Below, piece after piece: positions 9,731 through 16,916 of a stretch of 43,980 nucleotides of DNA. Within the stretch, counting starts at the first letter, position 1. Every line of letters starts with the position of its first letter. The DNA comes from a virus (taxonomy: Duplodnaviria > Caudoviricetes), in IMG/VR virus record IMGVR_UViG_3300020043_002247, positions 1 to 43,980 of that record; one strand, 5' to 3'. The position numbers were made by a program, and so were the translations under genes. Under the pieces are notes generated by a model. The model saw only the letters and a list, made by a program, of their open reading frames with translations, was not told where the DNA came from and did not search any database.

Positions 9731-11164
9731 TTACACCGCGTAAGGGTTGACCCGCTTGGGCATATATTCTGCATAATCGTCGTCATCGTCCACCGGAGAG
9801 GGGTCTATGTCAAGGAACCCCGCGTCTCTCAGATACCGTAAAGCCTGGGTGCAGGAATCAACGTAATCGTCATGTGTCGAGTCAGGGAAGCTGCATATCT
9901 GACTGACGAACCCCTCTGCCCAATCCCTCACGTATCCCTTCTTCTTGCCACTCTCAGGTATCCATACCCGCCTATACGCAATGATGTTCGCAACAATACT
10001 CAGCCTCTGTATCTTGTCGGCGCGACCAGGGTTGTAGGCACGTACCGGCAAGTGAGCACGCTGAAGGTCTTGTATGAGGCTAATACCTGCCGCCTTGTCT
10101 TCAACGAGGATGAGGTCAACACGCTTGCCCTTAATGAATCCCTCAGTCCTCTCCGCTTCTGGGTCAGTCCCATACGATACTTTGAACTCGTCAATAACCT
10201 TTGGGCGTAAATCTGGGTATTGAAGCCGATCCTGCCAAGCGTCGACAAGCATGACAGCCATCGGGCCATCCAACGGCTTGAATACTCCCCACGTTGTACA
10301 TGCAGTCGGATCATTGACCGTCTTCTCTGTGTACGCACAATCATAGCTTTGGATAATGTACTCAAACTTAGGGAACGGCTTACCGTCAGGCCACAGCTTA
10401 AACATCTCACGCTTAACGATGCCAGCCTCTTCAGGGTCAATCAGCTCGGCCTCGATCTCCTGCCGACCTAACCTCGTACCCTCGTACTGCAAAATAGACT
10501 TCTTGAAGTTAGACGCTAAGTTGTCTAAGTTGACATACGTAGATGCTTTCGTAATGACAACGTCGTCACCGTCACGCCCCACTAACTCAATGATCAAGTC
10601 CCTCGGCTTCGGCGTAGTCGTGCAGATCAGCCGCGTCTTCTTACCTAGCCGCATACCGAACTGCGCCATGTCCCACGCGTCCTGCAAATACTCCCACGCT
10701 GCTAACTCATCGAACCAGCCGCCGTGGAACTGTGGCCCACGAAAGCGCTCGGGCTCGGATGCTGGGATTCCTTTGATCAGACTGCCGTTAATTAACGTAA
10801 TCTCGTGTAATGCCTTGTTGTAGTCTTTGATCAGCACCGAAGGGATAACGGACATCAAGCCTGAATCACCCTCAAAACATGTACTCCTGACGTCAGCAGA
10901 CGTAGGCGCTGCCACTAACCACCGAGTATTGGGAGCACTCCATGCCCACCAGCCTAGCTCCTCGGCAGCAGTCCTAGTCTTACCGGCACCACGACCCGCT
11001 AACATTAGCCAGATGTCCCACCAATCCCCCGTAGGTAGTATCTGGTGCTTGTGTGCAGCCATAAGCCACTTTGCACGCCATTCAAACGCAGCACGATGAC
11101 TCTCAGGCAACTGACTAAACTGTTGCCTGGTCTTTGGGTCACGCAGTATCTCAGTGAGTTCCAA
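9731..11164 (-). CDS. terL: Terminase large subunit
   Basis: Walker A AGRGAGKT, Walker B WFDE, TTTP coupling motif, nuclease QSYDCA and HDDYVDSCTQAL. Confidence 0.95.
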   Translation of the reverse strand: MELTEILRDPKTRQQFSQLPESHRAAFEWRAKWLMAAHKHQILPTGDWWDIWLMLAGRGAGKTRTAAEELGWWAWSAPNTRWLVAAPTSADVRSTCFEGDSGLMSVIPSVLIKDYNKALHEITLINGSLIKGIPASEPERFRGPQFHGGWFDELAAWEYLQDAWDMAQFGMRLGKKTRLICTTTPKPRDLIIELVGRDGDDVVITKASTYVNLDNLASNFKKSILQYEGTRLGRQEIEAELIDPEEAGIVKREMFKLWPDGKPFPKFEYIIQSYDCAYTEKTVNDPTACTTWGVFKPLDGPMAVMLVDAWQDRLQYPDLRPKVIDEFKVSYGTDPEAERTEGFIKGKRVDLILVEDKAAGISLIQDLQRAHLPVRAYNPGRADKIQRLSIVANIIAYRRVWIPESGKKKGYVRDWAEGFVSQICSFPDSTHDDYVDSCTQALRYLRDAGFLDIDPSPVDDDDDYAEYMPKRVNPYAV

Positions 11165-11402
11165 TCATCTCTCGTATCTTAACTACGGGGATGCCGTACT
11201 TCTCATGGATACGTAAGATAATCGCAGGCCCAAGCGTTAGCTTGCCGTTACGAACACGCGAGATAATCGACGGCGTAGTAGCTAACTCCCTCGCCAAAGC
11301 CCTGTCGCTGCGCAGCTTACGTAAGTGTATTAGATGGTCTAGCAGCGCATGAGGCTGCATATATGTTTCGTAATCAGTAGCACGCAATTGTTGTATTAGC
11401 AT
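11151..11402 (-). CDS. XRE-like helix-turn-helix protein (probable start MQPH near 11360)
   Basis: SDRALARELATTPSIISRVRNGK HTH pattern. Confidence 0.65.
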   Translation of the reverse strand: MLIQQLRATDYETYMQPHALLDHLIHLRKLRSDRALARELATTPSIISRVRNGKLTLGPAIILRIHEKYGIPVVKIREMIGTH

Positions 11403-11954
11403 TTAACCCTCGTCTACCTGGCGCTTCAACTGCATGTGCGTAAGTATCCCGTCAAAGATAGCCCCGTTATGGTTCACCTCAACTGGACTGTCAGCATCCC
11501 CAGCCAGAATCTGCCTGTCGCCATATTTTTTGGGCTTTAGCTTACTAGCCACCCATTTGCGGCTGTCAATCCGTAAGCGCATCCAATTGACGTAACCAGA
11601 GTCAATACGAGCCACACCCTTGTCATCCACCACCTGCGTAGGCTCAGTGTCAGCAATATCTTGGATTTCATCGGCTAACGTATCAGCCTGATCTTCTCTT
11701 GCTCTTGCGTATTGGTAGAGAAACTCTTCGTTCTGACCCATCCATAAGTAGACTGTCTTTATGTCTGGCATCAAAGGGTCACGGCATATTGATTTGAGAG
11801 ACTCACCGTTAACTAACCGAGAACATATCTCAGCAGCCCTGTCTTTTGAGTAACTTGATGGTCTTCCTATCTTCTTAGAAGAACCCGTCTGGGTTACCGT
11901 TTGGGTTACCGTCTGGGTTTTCTTTTTGATGTGTTTGCTATCAGTTTCAGCCAT
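11403..11954 (-). CDS. terS: Terminase small subunit (Sf6 gp1-like)
   Basis: GRPSSY..EICSRLVNGESLKSIC..MPDIKTVYLW..YARAREDQAD..RLRIDSRKWVASKLKPKKYGD. Confidence 0.9.
   Translation of the reverse strand: MAETDSKHIKKKTQTVTQTVTQTGSSKKIGRPSSYSKDRAAEICSRLVNGESLKSICRDPLMPDIKTVYLWMGQNEEFLYQYARAREDQADTLADEIQDIADTEPTQVVDDKGVARIDSGYVNWMRLRIDSRKWVASKLKPKKYGDRQILAGDADSPVEVNHNGAIFDGILTHMQLKRQVDEG
11885..11920. repeat. Three tandem 12-bp repeats CCGTYTGGGTTW in the 5' part of terS
   Basis: ccgtctgggtta-ccgtttgggtta-ccgtctgggttt; encodes TQTV repeats. Confidence 0.9.
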
Positions 11955-11989
11955 TATGCTTATTCCTTTACGTTAGCTGAAATGATACT

Positions 11990-12235
11990 TCAGTTTTCCA
12001 AAGTGTCAACCTTGGGGGCAATCTTACCGTCTTGGATAATGTCTAATGCCCATGTAGCTGCCTTAACCATATCCCTAACAGCTCGTGCATCTGTAGCAGC
12101 TACGTTAGGTATATCAACTATCTGGTTCAATGCATCTAAAGCTATTTCCAGATTGCAATACATGTCGTAACCTATAGTATCCATGCGATCTAGTTCGTTC
12201 TGTAGCTTGGCTACTTCGTATTGATCTTCTTTCAT
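11990..12235 (-). CDS. Hypothetical protein
   Basis: 81 aa with GGAGG RBS. Confidence 0.7.
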   Translation of the reverse strand: MKEDQYEVAKLQNELDRMDTIGYDMYCNLEIALDALNQIVDIPNVAATDARAVRDMVKAATWALDIIQDGKIAPKVDTLEN

Positions 12236-12253
12236 CGTTCCTCCGTTAGAGTA

Positions 12254-12514
12254 TTAAATGCTACGCATATGCTGATCCATCTCATCCATAAATCTCTGAA
12301 ACTTCCTTACATGCGGTTCAACTTCTTTCTTTTTTGATACTTTCTTTTTTTTAGGCTTGTAATTCTTTATTACCTCTTCACTCAACCACCTAGAAAATGG
12401 TTCTAAACTAATAGGATTTCTGATGTACCAAACTTTCTTATCAGAATCCCACTTGGCACCTAAATTCTTAACATAATCTTTATCTTCATAAGGACACTGT
12501 AAGTTAATTCTCAT
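12254..12514 (-). CDS. DUF5710-like protein
   Basis: LQCPYEDKDYVKNLGAKWDSDKKVWY; GGGAGG RBS before ATG at 12512-12514. Confidence 0.75.
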   Translation of the reverse strand: MRINLQCPYEDKDYVKNLGAKWDSDKKVWYIRNPISLEPFSRWLSEEVIKNYKPKKKKVSKKKEVEPHVRKFQRFMDEMDQHMRSI

Positions 12515-12519
12515 AACGA

Positions 12520-12905
12520 TCCTCCCATGCAGACTAGGAAACACGTAGACCCGAGAGGCATAACTATCCCCAAGCCATCTGATTATAGATAGCTCGGGAA
12601 GGTTATCAATGCTGACTGAGGTTATCCAGTGAGCCGTCGCATCGTCTAGCCCTAGTCCTGCCTATGCTAGATCGGGGACTTTACGCCACAGGAGCGCCAC
12701 ACCGAGTACCCCGCCACCCTCAGTTTCTACCGTAATCTCTACGGATTCATCCGGTGCCATCCACTCTCGCCAGTCTGGTGTCATTCTCCTGGCACTACCA
12801 CTATGACCCGAACGGCGACCACTTGCCTCGTGTATGGGGACTACACCTTACGGCTTCCTACCCATAACTTCTAAACTGACAAGCATGACCCATAAAGTCA
12901 TAACA
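12520..12905 (-). ncRNA. Candidate structured RNA / long leader of unknown class
   Basis: No credible ORF; nested stems, e.g. 12567-12580/12587-12600 (14 bp, closing with G-U pairs only on minus strand), 12616-12621/12718-12723. Confidence 0.55.
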
Positions 12906-12917
12906 GGTAGCGGCAAT

Positions 12918-13066
12918 AAAAAAGCCCTACAAAGGAGGCTTTAGGCTTGGTTTGCCGCATGTAGAAGATGCCGTACCATCTTATCTACAGCTTTGACGAA
13001 GCCGCCTTTGTAGGGCGTTCTCTCACTGTACGGAGCTTTCTGTTCGGCACCACCCGTGAACAGACA
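12918..13066 (-). ncRNA. Multi-stem RNA ending in U-tract (c4-antisense-like architecture / attenuator)
   Basis: Perfect 12-bp closing stem 12924-12935/13005-13016 followed by U6; inner hairpin with GUACGG loop; 5' hairpin 13039-13064. Confidence 0.65.
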
Positions 13067-13071
13067 ACCTA

Positions 13072-13100
13072 ACTTTACCCCAAATCCCTCAATCTTGCAA
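13072..13100 (-). promoter_or_regulatory. Sigma70-type promoter
   Basis: TTGCAA-17 bp-TAAAGT directly before the first hairpin. Confidence 0.6.
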
Positions 13101-13101
13101 A

Positions 13102-13492
13102 CATACACTCTGTATGGTTGTTGGTACTCGCTGCGTCTGTATTGTCTGTTACGTGCTCACCGCTCTTACGAGTCCCGTGCGACATGCCAGCAGTCGGCTT
13201 ACAGCATCCGTAAGTACCAACACGGCTGGAGACTGTCTACGACCATCCACCCAGGCGTTTCGTGTCGCTCTCGCCCAATCTCCATGCGTGTTGGTGCTGG
13301 CACGCGACAACCGACGCCAGCTCATCGAGACGAGGGGATCATCGTCTGTGTCGCTCAGGTTCTACATAACCCAAACGGTTTACGTCTAGGTTTCCAACTG
13401 GGTTATTAGTGACCGTCTTTCCGGTCTGTCAGGCTCTTATGATGAGCAACCGACCAAGGCGAACTCACCACTTGATAACCACCGGCAAACCA
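13102..13492 (-). ncRNA. Array of long hairpins; candidate sRNA cluster
   Basis: Stems 13440-13470, 13411-13426, 13366-13406, 13296-13321, 13216-13295, 13120-13221; no credible ORF. Confidence 0.65.
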
Positions 13493-13493
13493 T

Positions 13494-13522
13494 ATTTTAC
13501 GCCATTAACGTGGGTTTATTAA
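13494..13522 (-). promoter_or_regulatory. Possible sigma70-type promoter for hairpin array
   Basis: TTAATA-17 bp-TAAAAT; weak -35. Confidence 0.4.
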
Positions 13523-13560
13523 CACTCAAATTCGATTATTTGACACTAGAATTCGGTTAT

Positions 13561-13719
13561 CTACACATCAGAATTCTCCCAATAAAGCTCAACCCAATCG
13601 TCATACGCAGCCCAGCACATTAGCCAATCCCACATTAATTGTTCGTTCTTAGATACATCACAGTAATACTGAGCCATGCGAAGACATGTAGTTTGAGTTG
13701 GAGCAGGAAATTTATCCAT
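13561..13719 (-). CDS. Small Trp-rich hypothetical protein (52 aa, not in ORF track)
   Basis: MDKFPAPTQTTCLRMAQYY...WENSDV*; overlaps stop of upstream gene. Confidence 0.55.
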   Translation of the reverse strand: MDKFPAPTQTTCLRMAQYYCDVSKNEQLMWDWLMCWAAYDDWVELYWENSDV

Positions 13720-13954
13720 TGGCTCTCTCTTTCAAGTAACTCATCATCTCCGCGTTCATCTTCGCTTGCGCCCATTTCTGTGGGCCTGCCAGTTGCATTA
13801 AAGCTAATGAGAACTGTACGAAGTTATATAGCTTCTCAAGCTCTTCTTCATCGACTTCGCCATTGTTAATGCTGTCAAACACTTTGCCAATCCCAATCCG
13901 ATTGCCGTTAATGACTGCTTCCCAATTGAAATCATATTTTTGTGGCTTAGGCAT
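13712..13954 (-). CDS. Hypothetical protein
   Basis: 80 aa, coupled to neighbours. Confidence 0.65.
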   Translation of the reverse strand: MPKPQKYDFNWEAVINGNRIGIGKVFDSINNGEVDEEELEKLYNFVQFSLALMQLAGPQKWAQAKMNAEMMSYLKERANG

Positions 13955-14255
13955 TCTTTTCTTTCAGCTTGGCTTCGATGGCTTTTGCGTATTTCAGTGT
14001 GTCGAAATAACAGTTAGTTACATACTGCTCTGCCATTGCTTCGTATTCTTCATCAGTCAGCCCCACCCATTCTTTCTTTTTGATGTATCCAGCTTTCTCA
14101 AGAACACCATTTACATTTATTAGCTTTGTTGGCTCCGGTTCAGGCTGCGCTAAATGATCATCCAGCCTTTCAATTAAATCCTTATCAGTCGGGCAACCGT
14201 CCCAAAGGTACATCAACGCATTCCTCGCCTGCTGTAATAGTTCGCGGTCAGTCAT
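13947..14255 (-). CDS. Hypothetical accessory protein
   Basis: MTDRELLQQA...EWVGLTDEE...AKAIEAKLKEKN, a mosaic pattern typical of small phage genes. Confidence 0.75.
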   Translation of the reverse strand: MTDRELLQQARNALMYLWDGCPTDKDLIERLDDHLAQPEPEPTKLINVNGVLEKAGYIKKKEWVGLTDEEYEAMAEQYVTNCYFDTLKYAKAIEAKLKEKNA

Positions 14256-14455
14256 CCCTGCCCCCTTGCGCGTACATATATTGGTACGTTTATTTGACTG
14301 CCGTATTTAGTTGCATTTTCTTTTGTTGTAACCAAGCACTTATTACCATCTGTATCAGTAAAGTAATTGCCTAAATCAACGTGTTTAAAACCTTCTTCAC
14401 GGTTGGCATCTGGCACAGTAATCATGCACATCGTGCCTGTATTTTTAAATGTCAT
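14252..14455 (-). CDS. Hypothetical accessory protein
   Basis: 67 aa, ATGA overlaps on both sides, ends RARGQG. Confidence 0.65.
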   Translation of the reverse strand: MTFKNTGTMCMITVPDANREEGFKHVDLGNYFTDTDGNKCLVTTKENATKYGSQINVPIYVRARGQG

Positions 14456-14706
14456 CCCTGCCCCCTTGCGCGGATAGCGTCAGCAGCGGTTTCGTATGCG
14501 GCAGTAACAATTTCGCTATGCCACGCAGCTAATCCTTTGCAAAGAATTGCACATGCTTCGCGTTCTTGTTTTACTCCTATTAAATAACCTTGCCATGCCC
14601 AGTACGAATGTGAACCAGTTACAAATGTAGGACTATCAACAGATTTATGTGCAAGCCATAACTCAAAAAATTGTTGGTCGTCTTGTTCTATGTCTTCCCT
14701 AGTCAT
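14452..14706 (-). CDS. Hypothetical accessory protein
   Basis: 84 aa, EREACA...AADAIRARGQG. Confidence 0.7.
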   Translation of the reverse strand: MTREDIEQDDQQFFELWLAHKSVDSPTFVTGSHSYWAWQGYLIGVKQEREACAILCKGLAAWHSEIVTAAYETAADAIRARGQG

Positions 14707-14900
14707 CCCTGCCCCCTCGTTAGCTTTGCCATGATCTTCTTAACGTCAGCTACCTTGCCTGATTTGTTCATGTAGATGCTCTCTGTCTTATGCTCAGAGC
14801 ACAGAAGGCATATCCACCTGCCACTTGTCTTACTCTTACGGAAAACCCCTCCTGTGGTTTCACGTATGCACTGGCAGCTAGTACAAAAGCGAGTAGTCAT
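14703..14900 (-). CDS. Small Zn-ribbon protein
   Basis: CTSC...CLLC. Confidence 0.65.
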   Translation of the reverse strand: MTTRFCTSCQCIRETTGGVFRKSKTSGRWICLLCSEHKTESIYMNKSGKVADVKKIMAKLTRGQG

Positions 14901-14903
14901 TCT

Positions 14904-15053
14904 CTAATCCTTGCTTTTTTTAGCCTCAGCTTCTAATACCCGAAGATCATTAGCCGCATCAGATACGCCATGCCAATCACCACGAGCTACCATTACTAAC
15001 AAATACTCCATCAGAATTTTGTGTTGTGCTGCATGGTCGTGGTAATTAGTCAT
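14904..15053 (-). CDS. Small hypothetical protein (49 aa, not in ORF track)
   Basis: MTNYHDH...VARGDWHGVSDAANDLRVLEA; fills gap in operon. Confidence 0.6.
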   Translation of the reverse strand: MTNYHDHAAQHKILMEYLLVMVARGDWHGVSDAANDLRVLEAEAKKSKD

Positions 15054-15237
15054 GTTCTTCTCTTGCTTTCATCATTGCGTCTGCTAATTTGTATACACGT
15101 TTTGCTGTTATTCTATCGTCGCCTTCGTAATCACGATAGGTCAATCCTACATTTGATATTTCGCCTTGCAATATTTTTATTGCAAAGTAATCACGTAAAT
15201 CCATGCCTTCACTTCTGTTGTTTGGAAATGCTTTCAT
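15046..15237 (-). CDS. Hypothetical protein (GMxLRDYFA family)
   Basis: AFP..GMDLRDYFA..YKLADAMMKARE. Confidence 0.75.
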   Translation of the reverse strand: MKAFPNNRSEGMDLRDYFAIKILQGEISNVGLTYRDYEGDDRITAKRVYKLADAMMKAREEHD

Positions 15238-15521
15238 TATTTAACCTTTCTAGTAAATAATTCTGGGTTATAGGTATAACTTGCTCCGTCGTCATAGACC
15301 ACATGAACTTGACCCGACCAATAGTTCCAACACCCCCAATAGGTCTGACCATTTATATGAGCTGCATACATACGCTTTAAAGTAGTTGTCTCAGGTCTGC
15401 TTATACAAGCAGTATTCAACAAAACAATCTTCCCACCTGAACTGTTAAGTGCCTCAAACCATTCTTCTTCAGCGTATGCTAGGTTAGATACTAAAACCAA
15501 GGCAATCAATAGTTTTTTCAT
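15237..15521 (-). CDS. Small exported protein
   Basis: Signal peptide MKKLLIALVLVSNLAYA; two Cys. Confidence 0.7.
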   Translation of the reverse strand: MKKLLIALVLVSNLAYAEEEWFEALNSSGGKIVLLNTACISRPETTTLKRMYAAHINGQTYWGCWNYWSGQVHVVYDDGASYTYNPELFTRKVK

Positions 15522-15712
15522 TTTGGCTCCCTCTTACCGTAACCTGCCGCATAAGCATTCTTTAATTTTTCACACATGTCGTCACAACCTTTTGCATATC
15601 CCTTATGCCAAAAGACTAAACATAACGATATGTGCCAAGGCTTTATCTCACCAGCGTTATTCAACATTGCAAATTCTTTTTTAATTATTTCGTCTATCAT
15701 CTCTGGAGTCAT
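15518..15712 (-). CDS. Hypothetical protein
   Basis: 64 aa, ATGA overlaps. Confidence 0.6.
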   Translation of the reverse strand: MTPEMIDEIIKKEFAMLNNAGEIKPWHISLCLVFWHKGYAKGCDDMCEKLKNAYAAGYGKREPK

Positions 15713-15909
15713 ACAACCTCCTCAACAGTAATCTGGTAAGCCTTGCCGTTCATGTCTGTCACTGTTAACGTCTTCTTTGTACTTAGGAACTGACCATAGT
15801 CCCCTAAGTCATAAGCAATGTGACCGATCACATCCAACATCTTAGAATCATCGTTAGCCAGTAACGTGCGCTTAATCAGGGTCACTATGTAGTCGCAATA
15901 AGCAATCAT
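15709..15909 (-). CDS. Hypothetical protein
   Basis: 66 aa, AAGGA RBS. Confidence 0.65.
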   Translation of the reverse strand: MIAYCDYIVTLIKRTLLANDDSKMLDVIGHIAYDLGDYGQFLSTKKTLTVTDMNGKAYQITVEEVV

Positions 15910-15911
15910 GA

Positions 15912-16142
15912 TTATTCCTTTGAGTCAGCGTAACGAGCTTCGTACATAGCATCTAGTCTGTATTCTTCACGGTTCTCGTAATTCCAATCTAAGTCAGGTA
16001 TCAATGAAAGCATCTCAGTAGTGCCACAGTGTGGGCAAATATCTACTGTGCCATCACTAGCACCAGTGTTATCGTTTACAGTCTCAATGTCGTCTTCTTC
16101 AACAATCTTTTTGCAGCAATCACATTTGTAATATTTATTCAT
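15912..16142 (-). CDS. Small Zn-ribbon protein
   Basis: CDCC...CPHC; GAGG RBS. Confidence 0.65.
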   Translation of the reverse strand: MNKYYKCDCCKKIVEEDDIETVNDNTGASDGTVDICPHCGTTEMLSLIPDLDWNYENREEYRLDAMYEARYADSKE

Positions 16143-16151
16143 GATTAATCC

Positions 16152-16241
16152 TCAGTAAATTAGACCTTCGTTTGCCATGACGACCACTATGATCGCCAGG
16201 GCAATACAGAACAGAGCAACTAGCTCGTCAACGTCAAACAT
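16152..16241 (-). CDS. Small membrane peptide (29 aa)
   Basis: MFDVDELVALFCIALAIIVVVMANEGLIY; ATG directly after upstream stop. Confidence 0.5.
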   Translation of the reverse strand: MFDVDELVALFCIALAIIVVVMANEGLIY

Positions 16242-16242
16242 G

Positions 16243-16530
16243 TTAGCGACTCGTAACTTTGACGGAGAAAACAGCAGAAGTCTTTGTGTACTTGAGGAGA
16301 GTATCTGCGTCGATACCGAGATCAGCAGCCAGAGCTTTCCAATCAATAGTTGAACGGTTAGCTTCGATGACTGTGGCTTTGAAGAGATCACCCTCGAACA
16401 CTTTGTTGCCGCCTGGTGCAGTAGCTGCATCCTTGAGGTCAGACTTGATTACGTCAGCTTGCTTTTCTAACGTAGCGATTTGAGCTAAAAGTGAGCCGAG
16501 AGTGTCGATGGTGTTGAGATCGTTTTTCAT
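16243..16530 (-). CDS. Hypothetical protein, first gene of accessory operon
   Basis: 95 aa, AAGGA RBS, directly after strong promoter. Confidence 0.75.
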   Translation of the reverse strand: MKNDLNTIDTLGSLLAQIATLEKQADVIKSDLKDAATAPGGNKVFEGDLFKATVIEANRSTIDWKALAADLGIDADTLLKYTKTSAVFSVKVTSR

Positions 16531-16574
16531 GGTCGGTTTCCTTGGTCGGTTATATGGCTAAGTGCCATGACTGA

Positions 16575-16603
16575 ACTTTAATTCTAAGTTAAAGTGGTGT
16601 CAA
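16575..16603 (-). promoter_or_regulatory. Strong sigma70 promoter with overlapping palindromic operator
   Basis: TTGACA-17 bp-TAAAGT; ACTTTAA-N7-TTAAAGT at 16575-16595. Confidence 0.8.
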
Positions 16604-16622
16604 GCACTTTTATAAAAATAAT

Positions 16623-16916
16623 TCAAATATCTTCATTGTTTTTTTCTATTGGCATCCCGTCCTCCAATAGCCTACGTATTGTTACATTTAAAGCATCAAG
16701 CTCATCCATCTTCCTTATAGCCCACGCCCTGCGGTTCCCATGCCAGCCCATCATTGACCCCTGATGGCAGTCGTAGCAGAGGGCTACACAGGTGTACTGG
16801 CTGTGTTGTTTAACGTGGTGGGCAGAACTAGGTGGAGGGGCGTTACACACGCTGCAGGGCAGGCTCTTGACTCTCTGTAGATGCCTACGCTCTGCAGCAT
16901 TAAGCTTGTTGTTCAT
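16623..16916 (-). CDS. HNH-like nuclease (Ref/DUF968-like)
   Basis: LPCSVC...AHH...ALCYDCHQG. Confidence 0.65.
   Translation of the reverse strand: MNNKLNAAERRHLQRVKSLPCSVCNAPPPSSAHHVKQHSQYTCVALCYDCHQGSMMGWHGNRRAWAIRKMDELDALNVTIRRLLEDGMPIEKNNEDI

Larger units (their letters stand above)
14251..14717. repeat. Three copies of gene-junction repeat GTCATCCCTGCCCCCT(TGCGCG)
   Basis: At 14251-14272, 14451-14472, 14702-14717. Confidence 0.9.

Noticed and set aside
364-10823. Numerous antisense ORFs over head and terminase genes (e.g. 364-834, 7633-7995, 10356-10823)
   Set aside because: Shadow frames of long genes, with no RBS or recognisable motifs
13056-13409. Plus-strand ORFs 13056-13409 and 13114-13389
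   Set aside because: No RBS, opposite to local transcription, atypical composition; better explained by GC-rich RNA structure
12515-13500. tRNA, hammerhead ribozyme or group I intron
   Set aside because: No T-loop GTTCRA cloverleaf, no CUGANGA/GAAA core in correct stems, no interrupted gene; a cmscan is still needed
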